NCBI GenBank assembly: GCA_964291285.2
Contig: OZ219786.1
Span: forward strand, 608,001 to 672,000
Direction of reading: 5' to 3'
From: Alphaproteobacteria bacterium
GTDB taxonomy: Bacteria; Pseudomonadota; Alphaproteobacteria; Bin95
Length of the DNA stretch: 64,000 bases
Shown: positions 53,287 through 61,492 of the stretch, piece after piece
Position numbering within the stretch: the first letter of the stretch is position 1
Layout of the letters: every line of letters begins with the position of its first letter
Notes under the pieces: generated by a model
Told to the model about the DNA's origin: nothing
Databases searched by the model: none
The model's input: the letters and a program-made list of their open reading frames with translations, nothing else
Translations under genes and position numbers: made by a program

Positions 53287-54531
53287 ATGGTCATTCGCTT
53301 TCTGGCCATCCTTGCCCTGGCGGCCTTCGCTGGTTCGGCTGCGGCTGAGGACGACGACAATTACGACCAGATCTCACTGTTCGGGACCGTGCTGGAGCGC
53401 ATCCGGGCGGACCATGTGGCGGAGCCCGAGGTCGAGGCGCTGATCGAGGCGGCCATAAACGGCATGCTCTCCTCCCTGGACCCGCACTCGGCCTATCTGT
53501 CGCCGCGCAGCTTCAAGGAAATGCAGGTCCAGTCGAAGGGCGAATTCGGCGGGCTCGGAATCGAGGTCACGATGGAAAACGGCCTGATCAAGGTGGTCTC
53601 CCCCATCGACGACACGCCGGCCTTCCGCGCCGGCCTGAAGCCGGGAGACCTGATTACCCATATCGACGACGAGGTGGTTCTGGGACTCACGCTCAGCCAG
53701 GCGGTGGACAAGATGCGCGGGCCGGCTGATTCGCCGATTACCGTCACCGTCCGGCGCGCAGGCGAGGCGCCTTTCGACGTCACCATCGTGCGGGCCGTCA
53801 TCCGCATCCAGTCCGTCCGCCGCCGTGCCGAAGGCGATGTCGGCTATGTCCGCATCACCTCCTTCAACGGCAATACGCTGACGGGGCTGGAAAACGCCGT
53901 TTCGCGCCTGAAGGAGGAGATCGGCGACGGGCTGAAGGGCTATGTGGTGGACCTGCGCAACAATCCGGGCGGGCTGCTGGAGCAGGCGATTTCGGTTTCC
54001 GATGCGTTTCTGGAACAGGGCGAGATCGTCTCCACGCGGGGCCGGGACGAGGATTCCGCCCAGCGCTTCAACGCAAAGCCGGGCGACATTGCGGGCGGCC
54101 TGCCGCTGGTGGTGCTCATCAATGAGGGGTCCGCCTCGGCATCCGAGATCGTGGCCGGCGCACTCCGGGACCACCGCCGCGCGATCGTCATGGGCACAGG
54201 CTCGTTCGGCAAGGGCTCGGTGCAGTCCATGATCCCGATTACGGGCCATGGCGCGCTGAAACTGACGACGGCACGCTATTACACGCCGTCCGGGGCATCG
54301 ATACAGGGCAAGGGCATCGAGCCCGACATCGAGGTCGAGCAGGCGGTGCTGTCGCCCGTCGAGGGCAGGCGCCGGGTTCGCGAGGCGGACCTGCGCGGCA
54401 CCCTCGACAAGGTCGAGACACCCAGCTCCGGGGACGAAAAGAAGCCGGCCGAGCGTTCCGACTACCAGTTGACGCGCGCGCTCGACCTTCTGCAGGCGCT
54501 GTCCTTCTACAACAGCGCCGCCTCGCATTAG
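53287..54531 (+). CDS. ctpA: S41 family carboxyl-terminal processing protease
   Basis: LDPHS.Y, GEFGGLGIEV, PDZ domain, DLRNNPGGLL, SASASEIVAGAL, FGKGSVQ, TTARYYTPSG. Confidence 0.93.
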   Translation: MVIRFLAILALAAFAGSAAAEDDDNYDQISLFGTVLERIRADHVAEPEVEALIEAAINGMLSSLDPHSAYLSPRSFKEMQVQSKGEFGGLGIEVTMENGLIKVVSPIDDTPAFRAGLKPGDLITHIDDEVVLGLTLSQAVDKMRGPADSPITVTVRRAGEAPFDVTIVRAVIRIQSVRRRAEGDVGYVRITSFNGNTLTGLENAVSRLKEEIGDGLKGYVVDLRNNPGGLLEQAISVSDAFLEQGEIVSTRGRDEDSAQRFNAKPGDIAGGLPLVVLINEGSASASEIVAGALRDHRRAIVMGTGSFGKGSVQSMIPITGHGALKLTTARYYTPSGASIQGKGIEPDIEVEQAVLSPVEGRRRVREADLRGTLDKVETPSSGDEKKPAERSDYQLTRALDLLQALSFYNSAASH

Positions 54532-54551
54532 AGGAGGCGCGCGCAAAAGCG

Positions 54552-55049
54552 GTGAGCGTTCGTCCCCCTGCGGGCTACCGGGCCAATGTCGGAATCGTGC
54601 TGGTGAACCCGGCCGGCGAAATATTTGTCGGCCGGCGCCGTGACACGCCGGACGCCTGGCAGATGCCCCAGGGGGGCATCGACAGGGGCGAGACGGTCCG
54701 CGCCGCAGCCGCGCGCGAGCTTGCCGAGGAGGCCGGAACCGACAAGGCCGAGGCGGTCGCCGAAACGCCCGGCTGGCTCACATACGAGCTGCCGGGAAAC
54801 CTTGCCCGGCGCCTCTGGGGCGGTCGCTACCGGGGGCAGGCCCAGAAATGGGTGCTGATGCGCTTTACCGGAACCGACGCCGATATCGACCTCTTCCGGC
54901 ACAGGCCGCCGGAATTCGACGCTTGGCGGTGGGTTTCGCCGCCGGAGTTGCTGGCGAGCATCGTCGCCTTCAAGCGCCCCGTCTACGAACAGGTGCTCAC
55001 CGCCTTCGCCGACGACCTTCAGCGCCTGCGGGAGCGTGGCCTGGCATAG
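54552..55049 (+). CDS. rppH: RNA pyrophosphohydrolase
   Basis: YR.NVG, WQMPQGGID.GE....AA.REL.EE Nudix box, YRGQ.QKW, EF..WRW, FKR.VY. Confidence 0.93.
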   Translation: MSVRPPAGYRANVGIVLVNPAGEIFVGRRRDTPDAWQMPQGGIDRGETVRAAAARELAEEAGTDKAEAVAETPGWLTYELPGNLARRLWGGRYRGQAQKWVLMRFTGTDADIDLFRHRPPEFDAWRWVSPPELLASIVAFKRPVYEQVLTAFADDLQRLRERGLA

Positions 55050-55161
55050 GCCGGCAGCCGCCGTCCGGCACCCGTATTGACCCGCCCGGACGGAGCGGGT
55101 TTGATCCTCGAGGTTTTTCCGAGGGTTGCACGGCTGCGCCCGGGGCAAGCGGAGGGCAGGC

Positions 55162-55953
55162 ATGAGCCGTCGCATCGTCGATATTTCGGTTGCGTTGAAG
55201 GCCGGTATTGCGAGCGACCCGCCGCATATGCTGCCCGAGATCGACTATCTGGACCACCACGACACCGCGCCCGCCATGGCCGAGTATTTCGGCGTCGGCG
55301 TGGACGCGCTGCCGGACGGCGAATACGCCGCCGTCGAGAAGGTCCGCATCTCCACCCACAACGGCACGCATCTGGATGCGCCCTGGCATTTCTTCTCGAC
55401 GATGAACCACGCGCTGAAGGAGGGCGGCGAGCCCTCCTGGCGGATCGACGAGGTGCCGCTGGAATGGTGTTTCCAGCCGGGCGTCAAGCTGGATTTCCGC
55501 CATTTCGAGGACGGCTATGTGGTGCAGCCGGAGAATGTCGAGGCGGAGCTCGACCGGATCGGCCATGCGCTGCAGCCGCTGGAGATCGTGCTGGTGAACA
55601 CCCGCGCGGGCGCGCGCTACGGCGAGGAGGACTTCATCCATGCCGGCTGCGGCATGGGCAAGGCGGCGACGCTCTGGCTGCTGGAGCGGGGCGTACGCGT
55701 CACCGGCACCGACGGCTGGAGTTGGGATGCGCCCTTCTCATGGACGAGGGAACGGGTGCAGGAGACGGGCGACGCCGGCCTGATCTGGGAAGGCCACCGC
55801 GCCGGGCGCGAGATCGGCTATTGCCACCTGGAGAAGCTGAGTAACCTCGAAGCCCTGCCGGCGGACGGCTTCCAGGTCGCCTGCTTCCCGGTCAAGGTAC
55901 ATCGCGGTTCGGCAGGCTGGACGCGGGCCGTTGCGATTCTCGACGGAGACTGA
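55162..55953 (+). CDS. Cyclase family protein (kynurenine formamidase-like metal hydrolase)
   Basis: THNGTHLDAPWH, GTD.WSWD, H.EKL.NL, P.K...S.GW.R. Confidence 0.88.
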   Translation: MSRRIVDISVALKAGIASDPPHMLPEIDYLDHHDTAPAMAEYFGVGVDALPDGEYAAVEKVRISTHNGTHLDAPWHFFSTMNHALKEGGEPSWRIDEVPLEWCFQPGVKLDFRHFEDGYVVQPENVEAELDRIGHALQPLEIVLVNTRAGARYGEEDFIHAGCGMGKAATLWLLERGVRVTGTDGWSWDAPFSWTRERVQETGDAGLIWEGHRAGREIGYCHLEKLSNLEALPADGFQVACFPVKVHRGSAGWTRAVAILDGD

Positions 55954-55954
55954 G

Positions 55955-56713
55955 ATGGGCTTTGCGCAATCCCTGAGGCTCGACGACAGGACCGCGGTCG
56001 TTACCGGTGCGGGGCGCGGCCTCGGCCGCGGCTGCGCGCTGGCTCTGGCGGAACTGGGCGCGCATGTCGTGGCGGCAGCCCGCTCCGGCGACGAGCTGGA
56101 AAGCCTGGCCGTCGAGATAAGGGCGGACGGCGGCAGCGCGGAAGCTCTGGTGCTGGACGTGACCGACAGCGATGCCGTGCGCCGCGCCTTCTCGGAGCTT
56201 CCGCGCGTGGATGTGCTCGTCAACAATGCCGGCTGGAACCGGCCCCAGCATTTTTTCGACGTCGAGGAATCGGTGCTCGACGCCATGCTGGCGCTCAATG
56301 TCAAGGCGGCGTTCATCGTGGCGCAGGCGGCGGCGCAGCGCATGGCAGAGGGCGGCGAGGGCGGCTCGATCGTTAACATGTCGTCTCAGATGGGGCATGT
56401 CGGCGGGCCCGAGCGCACCGTCTATTGCGCGACCAAGCACGCGCTCGAAGGCATGACCAAGGCGATGGCCATTGAGCTTGCGCCCCACCGCATCCGGGCG
56501 AACACGGTCGGCCCCACCTTCGTCGAGACGCCGCTCGCCGGGCCGTTCCTCCAGAACAGGGAGTTCCGCGAATTCGTGCTGGACAGCATCCCGCTCGGGC
56601 GGCTCGGCGAAGTCGCGGAGGTGGCGGCGGCGGTGGCCTTCCTCGCCTCGCCGGCGTCCTCGCTGATTACCGGGACGAGCCTGTTGGTGGACGGGGGCTG
56701 GACGGCGAAGTAA
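55955..56713 (+). CDS. SDR family oxidoreductase
   Basis: TGAGRGLG, NNAG, SSQMGHVG, YCATK, ITG.SL.VDGGWTA. Confidence 0.92.
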   Translation: MGFAQSLRLDDRTAVVTGAGRGLGRGCALALAELGAHVVAAARSGDELESLAVEIRADGGSAEALVLDVTDSDAVRRAFSELPRVDVLVNNAGWNRPQHFFDVEESVLDAMLALNVKAAFIVAQAAAQRMAEGGEGGSIVNMSSQMGHVGGPERTVYCATKHALEGMTKAMAIELAPHRIRANTVGPTFVETPLAGPFLQNREFREFVLDSIPLGRLGEVAEVAAAVAFLASPASSLITGTSLLVDGGWTAK

Positions 56714-57290
56714 GCGCAGCCACGCGGGCCTGCAATTCGGGCACGACCTCCGCCTCGAACCAGGGGTTCAGTTTCAGCCAGTTGTTCACCCGCCAGCTCG
56801 GATGCGGGATCGGCAGGAAGTCGGGCAGGTAGCCGCGCCACGCCGCCACGGTCTCGCCGAGCGTCTGTCTGCGCCGCTTCCCGAGATAGCGGGCCTGGGC
56901 GTAGGCGCCGGCCAGCACGGTGAGTTCCACTGCCGGGAGTTCGGCGCGCAGGCGCGGATGCCAGAGCGGCGCGCATTCCGGGCGGGGCGGAGCGTCGCCG
57001 CCACGCGGCAGCCGGCCCGGATAGCAGAAGCCCATCGGCAGGATGGCCACCCGGCTTGCATCGTAGAAGTCCTCGGGCGCGAGGCCGAGCCAGGCGCGCA
57101 GCCGCCTACCGCTTGCATCGTCCCAGGGCACGCCGCTCGCATGGACCTTCGTGCCGGGCGCCTGGCCGACGATCATCAACCGTGCGGCCGTTTCGGCCCG
57201 CAGCACCGGCCGGGGGCCGAGCGGCAGACGGTCGGCGCAATGCGTGCAACCGCGCACCTCCGCCAGAAGCGCCTCAAGCCGCGTGCTCAC
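56667..57290 (-). CDS. Uracil-DNA glycosylase family protein
   Basis: C..C, GQAPG..VH.SG.PWDD.SG.RLR.WL, FCYPG, PP.PEC, PHPSWR. Confidence 0.88.
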   Translation of the reverse strand: MSTRLEALLAEVRGCTHCADRLPLGPRPVLRAETAARLMIVGQAPGTKVHASGVPWDDASGRRLRAWLGLAPEDFYDASRVAILPMGFCYPGRLPRGGDAPPRPECAPLWHPRLRAELPAVELTVLAGAYAQARYLGKRRRQTLGETVAAWRGYLPDFLPIPHPSWRVNNWLKLNPWFEAEVVPELQARVAALTSPSSPRPPTGSSR

Positions 57291-57970
57291 GGCGCGAAGG
57301 CCTCGCCGCCGAAGGGATAGCGGACTTCCTCGCGATAGACCGGCGCCGCGCCGCCGAGCCGGCTCGACATGAGCGAGAAGCCGTCCACGGCGAAGGCCGG
57401 CAGGCGGAACGCGCCACGGTCCCCAAGCCAGGCTGCGACGGCGGCCGGGCGCGCGCCGGCCGTGCGGGCAAGGGTTATGTGCGGCGTGAACTTATACCAC
57501 CGGCCACAGATAAGAACCGATTAGCCTCTCTCGGCGGAGATTACCTCTTGCAGTAGGAGGCCTCGGCTCAGGGGGCGAGCTGCGGAGGGAGGCTCTGCTA
57601 TAGGTTCCAATCAACGACCGTTGGTATTACGCTCTTCCGCGGGAAGGCCGGCACGGACGAGCGCCGATTCGACGCGTCGCCTGAGCGCGGTCAGCGGCGC
57701 CGAGCCGGCGACCCCCGCCCAGACCGCCCGTGGCCGCGCACCCCCGAAGCTGCCCAGCGACTCGATGGCGAGCTCGAATTTCTCGCTGCCGACATGGCTG
57801 AGCGCGTCCGCCAGCTCCTCGGCAAAGCCCCGATCCACCTCGCCGATGAAGCGCAGCGTCAGGTGGTAGTTCTCCTCCGGCGACCAGCGCGCGCCGGGAA
57901 GGCCGCCCGCGAGTCCGGCAAGCTGCCGGCGGATGTCCTCCGGCAGGAGTATCGTGGCGAAGAGGCGCAA
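57287..57970 (-). pseudogene. thpR: RNA 2',3'-cyclic phosphodiesterase (2'-5' RNA ligase family) interrupted by the 132-bp element
   Basis: MRLF..., first HxT motif (YHLTLRFIG) before the insertion. Removing the insertion restores EERKFTPHITLAR (second HxT) and an open frame to TGA at 57287. Confidence 0.9.
57495..57626 (-). mobile_element. 132-bp MITE-like structured element, copy B
   Basis: Reverse complement of copy A with 2 substitutions; TTA (TAA on minus) at 57492-94 and 57627-29. Confidence 0.92.
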
Positions 57971-57982
57971 GGTCCGGCCCGG

Positions 57983-59122
57983 CTACTCGAACAGCGTGAG
58001 GACGCCTGTATAGCCGTAGATCCGCCCGCCCGAGAACTCTCCGTTGGCGAAGAAGCCGGCAAGCGGCAGGTCGCCGATCTCCTCCCGGACGATTTCCATC
58101 TCGCCGTCCTCGGTGCCGAACATGTGGGGGCCGCGCGCGAGGCAGGAGACATAGACGCCGCCCTGCGCCGGCCGCGAGAGGCGGTCCTTCACGCTCCGCA
58201 GCATGCGGCGCAGGTCCGCTTCCGCCGCCACCGGGTCGCGCCGCACGAAGAACAGGCGCTCGCCCGGATCGATCAGCGCGCCGAGCGCAACGATGCCGTC
58301 CTGCGCGTCGAGGCCGATGATGTTGCGGACGAGATAGTCGGCCTCGGACGACCCCGGCACCGGCCGCGCGGCGTGCAGCCAGTGCGCCACCTCGCGGATG
58401 CGGGCGACGGAATCGAGGCCGAGATCGCTGCAGAGCACGTCGAAGGCCGGCTCGCCGTCGATCTCCAGCACGAGATTGTTGTGGGATCGCGTGACCGTAC
58501 GGGCGGGGCCGATGGGCGCGCAGCCCTGGCTGAGCCCCGAGACGACGCCGACCGCCTCGCCGAAGACCAGGCCCGAAACCACCCCCTCCTCGACGGAGCC
58601 GGCAAGCTGGGATGTCGGTCCTTCGGCGGACGCGATGCCGCCGACTGTGAACGCGCCGAGCGTTTCGGAGAGGTCGGCAACGATCTCCCCCATGTTCCCG
58701 TTGCGCGGGTCGGCATGGAGCAGCGCCGTTGCGCGCGCCTGTCCAGCGGCCCAGCCGGCGAGGCCCACGCCCGCTTCGGCCGTGTCCTCCCTGATGCCAG
58801 GCACGAGGCGCACGGCGTCCTCCGGGAACCCGAAGGCGGCCGCGGCAATTGCGGGCCGGCCGAAGGCGGCGCGGCCAGTGCCGCAAACGCCCATGCCGAC
58901 CGTGCCCGCCCAGTCGATGATCCCGGTGTCTTCCTTGAGCGTCTCGACGACCTCGGGCAGACGGTCGGCGATGCTGTCGCTCACATAGACGATGCCGGTA
59001 TTCGCCCCGGCGGCGCCTTCCGCCAACGCCGCCCGGACGGGGCCGAGCGCCGCCTGCCAGTCGCCGCCCTCACCGAACCCTGCCGCGATAGCCGCCGGCC
59101 TTTCTTCTCCCGCGCCGCTCAT
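57983..59122 (-). CDS. FIST domain signal transduction protein
   Basis: G..G.GV, GG..S, SQGC.PIG....VT....N....ID..PA, YLVRN..G.D, Y.SC..RG..MFG, GFFANGE.....YGYT. Confidence 0.85.
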   Translation of the reverse strand: MSGAGEERPAAIAAGFGEGGDWQAALGPVRAALAEGAAGANTGIVYVSDSIADRLPEVVETLKEDTGIIDWAGTVGMGVCGTGRAAFGRPAIAAAAFGFPEDAVRLVPGIREDTAEAGVGLAGWAAGQARATALLHADPRNGNMGEIVADLSETLGAFTVGGIASAEGPTSQLAGSVEEGVVSGLVFGEAVGVVSGLSQGCAPIGPARTVTRSHNNLVLEIDGEPAFDVLCSDLGLDSVARIREVAHWLHAARPVPGSSEADYLVRNIIGLDAQDGIVALGALIDPGERLFFVRRDPVAAEADLRRMLRSVKDRLSRPAQGGVYVSCLARGPHMFGTEDGEMEIVREEIGDLPLAGFFANGEFSGGRIYGYTGVLTLFE

Positions 59123-59132
59123 GCTGCCCGCC

Positions 59133-59802
59133 TTACTCCCGGCCGCTGGCGCCGGGCCGTCCGGAGGATAGCGCCAGAAGGCTCGCGACGTAAGGCTTGA
59201 GGCGGGCGGCGACTGCGGCGGCGCCTTCGGCATTGGGATGGATGCCGTCCGGCTGGTTGAGCAGGGGGTCCGCTGCCACACCCTCCAGGAGGAAGGGGTA
59301 GAAGACCACATCGTAGCGCGCCGCCAGCCGGGGATAGAGGCTGTCGAAGGCTTCCACATAGGCGCGGCCCAGATTGCGCGGCGCCTTCATCCCGGCGAGC
59401 AGGACCGGAATGCCCTCGGCCGCCAGCCGGTCGAGAATGGCGGCGAGCGCGGCTTCGGTCTCCGCCGGGTCGAGCCCGCGCAGCGCATCGTTGCCGCCGA
59501 GCGCCACCACGGCATGGCTCGGCCGGTCGCCGAGCATCCAGTCGAGGCGTGCCAGCCCGCCTGCCGCCGTGTCGCCGGAGACACCGCCGTCCAGCACCGC
59601 CGCGTCGATGCCGTCCGCCCTGAGCCGCTTGCGCAACTGCGCCGCAAGGCCGTCTTCCGGCGCCAGGCCGTAGCCCGCCGCGATCGAATCGCCGAGGAGC
59701 AGCAGCCGCGCCTCCGCCGCCGCTGCGCCGGATGCGTCGAAGAGCGCGACGGCAAATCCGCAGGCGAGCGCGACATGAAAAATTCTGGCGATATTTTTCC
59801 AT
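59133..59802 (-). CDS. Arylesterase / acyl-CoA thioesterase I (SGNH, TesA-like); start uncertain
   Basis: GDSIAAGYGL, GVSGDT..GG..R, LGGNDALRG, P.N.G..Y, PFLL.GVA, Q.DGIHPN. Confidence 0.88.
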
Positions 59803-59913
59803 CGCGCCGGAAAATGGAAAGAACTTTTCCATCGTGGCCGGCCGGCTTGCCGGACAGGCGTTTCGGGTCGACACTTCTTCATCGGCGTTTCGATGGGCTG
59901 GGGTTTCGCCATC

Positions 59914-60717
59914 ATGTCTGCTGCACAAAGGGCCGGACACTATATCCGGGCAGCGCGCCGCCGTCCTGCCGCGCTGGCGGCCGGGGCGGCGCTGGCGCTG
60001 GCGGCGGGTTCGGCGGCGGGCGCCGGCGACCTCTACCTGCGCCTCGGCGCCGGCCTCGACCGCCCCGCCGGGACCGCGTTCGCCGACCGCGACTGCTCTC
60101 CCCCGTCCGGCCAGGCGCTTTACGGCTGCGGCAGGGGCGCGGACGGCGCTCCCTACCGCACGGTGGGCGGCTTCGGGACGGCGGCCGTGCTGGAGGCCGG
60201 TCTCGGATGGGCCGTCCGGCCGCGGGTCCGGCTGGAGGCGCTGGTCGAATACCGCCCGCGCCTCGCGTTCGAGGGCCGGGCCAATTTCCTCGCGCCCGGC
60301 CGCCGGCAGGAGGTTGCGGCGCGCCTCTCGACGCTTTCGGCCATGGGCGCCGTCTATCTGGGCCTTGCCCCGTCCGGCCTCCTGCGGCCCTTCGTCGGGG
60401 CGGGCGCGGGCCTTGTCCGCACGAGGACCGGGGATGTCCGCATGACGTTCCCGGCGACGACGACAATCGTGCCGGGCGCGGGGCGGACGGGTTTCGCCTG
60501 GATGGCGACGGCAGGGGTCGCAGTCCCGCTCGGCGCGCGCACGGCGCTCGACCTCTCCTGGCGCTACAGCGACCTCGGCGAGGCGCATACGGGCACAGGG
60601 GGCGGCCGCGTCGTCTGGCGCGACGGCAGCAGGCCGGCGCGCCCGCTCGACCTCGCCCCGACGCGGGCGCGGCTCCGCTCCCACGGCCTCCGGGCGGCGC
60701 TGCGCTACACCTTCTGA
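59914..60717 (+). CDS. Opacity/OmpA-like outer-membrane beta-barrel protein
   Basis: Signal-like N-terminus, LYLR.G.G, R.E..VEYR, PFVGAGAG, FAW...AG, LD..WRY.DLG, C-terminal LRYTF. Confidence 0.75.
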   Translation: MSAAQRAGHYIRAARRRPAALAAGAALALAAGSAAGAGDLYLRLGAGLDRPAGTAFADRDCSPPSGQALYGCGRGADGAPYRTVGGFGTAAVLEAGLGWAVRPRVRLEALVEYRPRLAFEGRANFLAPGRRQEVAARLSTLSAMGAVYLGLAPSGLLRPFVGAGAGLVRTRTGDVRMTFPATTTIVPGAGRTGFAWMATAGVAVPLGARTALDLSWRYSDLGEAHTGTGGGRVVWRDGSRPARPLDLAPTRARLRSHGLRAALRYTF

Positions 60718-60747
60718 AACGCCGGCGCCCGCTGCGGCATCCGGCGC

Positions 60748-60775
60748 GTTGAACGGGGCTGCCGCCGGGCCATAT
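60748..60775 (+). promoter_or_regulatory. Possible RpoH-type promoter for the ABC operon
   Basis: GTTGAA, 16 nt, CCATAT; same spacing as the motif upstream of rpoH. Confidence 0.4.
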
Positions 60776-60814
60776 GCGCCGGGGGGACCGGCCGGAAACA
60801 GGGGATGCGCGCGC

Positions 60815-61492
60815 ATGGCAGGCTCGGACTGGGCGGTGGAGCTGGAAGATGTCCGCCTGACATTGGTGAGCGCCGCCGGTCCGGTCGATGTGCTGCGCGG
60901 CATCGACCTCGCCGTGGCGCCCGGCGAATCGGTCGCCGTGGTCGGCCCGTCCGGGTCCGGCAAGACCTCGACCCTGCTGGTGGCCGCCGGGCTGGAGCGC
61001 GCGACCGGGGGCCGGGTCGCGGTCGCCGGCCGCGACCTGGGGACCATGACCGAGGACGAGCTCGCCATGCTGCGGCGCGAGAAGGTCGGCATTGTCTTCC
61101 AGTCCTTCCACCTGATGGCGACGATGACGGCGCTGGAGAACGTGGCCGTGCCGCTGGAACTCGCCGGGCGGCGCGATGCGCTTGAGCGGGCGCGCGCCTG
61201 CCTGGAAGCGGTCGGCCTAGGGGCCCGCACCGGCCACTATCCGGGCCAGCTGTCCGGCGGCGAGCAGCAGCGGGTCGCGATCGCGCGCGCCTTCGGGCCG
61301 GCTCCGGCCGCGATCTTCGCCGACGAGCCGACCGGCAATCTCGACGTCGAGACCGGCCGCCGGGCGCTGGACGCGCTGTTCGGCCTCGCCGCGGACGGCG
61401 GCACCACGCTCGTCCTCGTGACGCACGATGCGGACCTTGCGGCGCGCTGCGCGCGCCAGGTGCGGATCGAGGACGGTCGCATTGCGGACTGA
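60815..61492 (+). CDS. ABC transporter ATP-binding protein (YbbA-like)
   Basis: GPSGSGKTS, VFQSFHL..TMTALENV, HYP.QLSGGEQQRVAIARAF, ADEPTGNLD. Confidence 0.92.
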   Translation: MAGSDWAVELEDVRLTLVSAAGPVDVLRGIDLAVAPGESVAVVGPSGSGKTSTLLVAAGLERATGGRVAVAGRDLGTMTEDELAMLRREKVGIVFQSFHLMATMTALENVAVPLELAGRRDALERARACLEAVGLGARTGHYPGQLSGGEQQRVAIARAFGPAPAAIFADEPTGNLDVETGRRALDALFGLAADGGTTLVLVTHDADLAARCARQVRIEDGRIAD

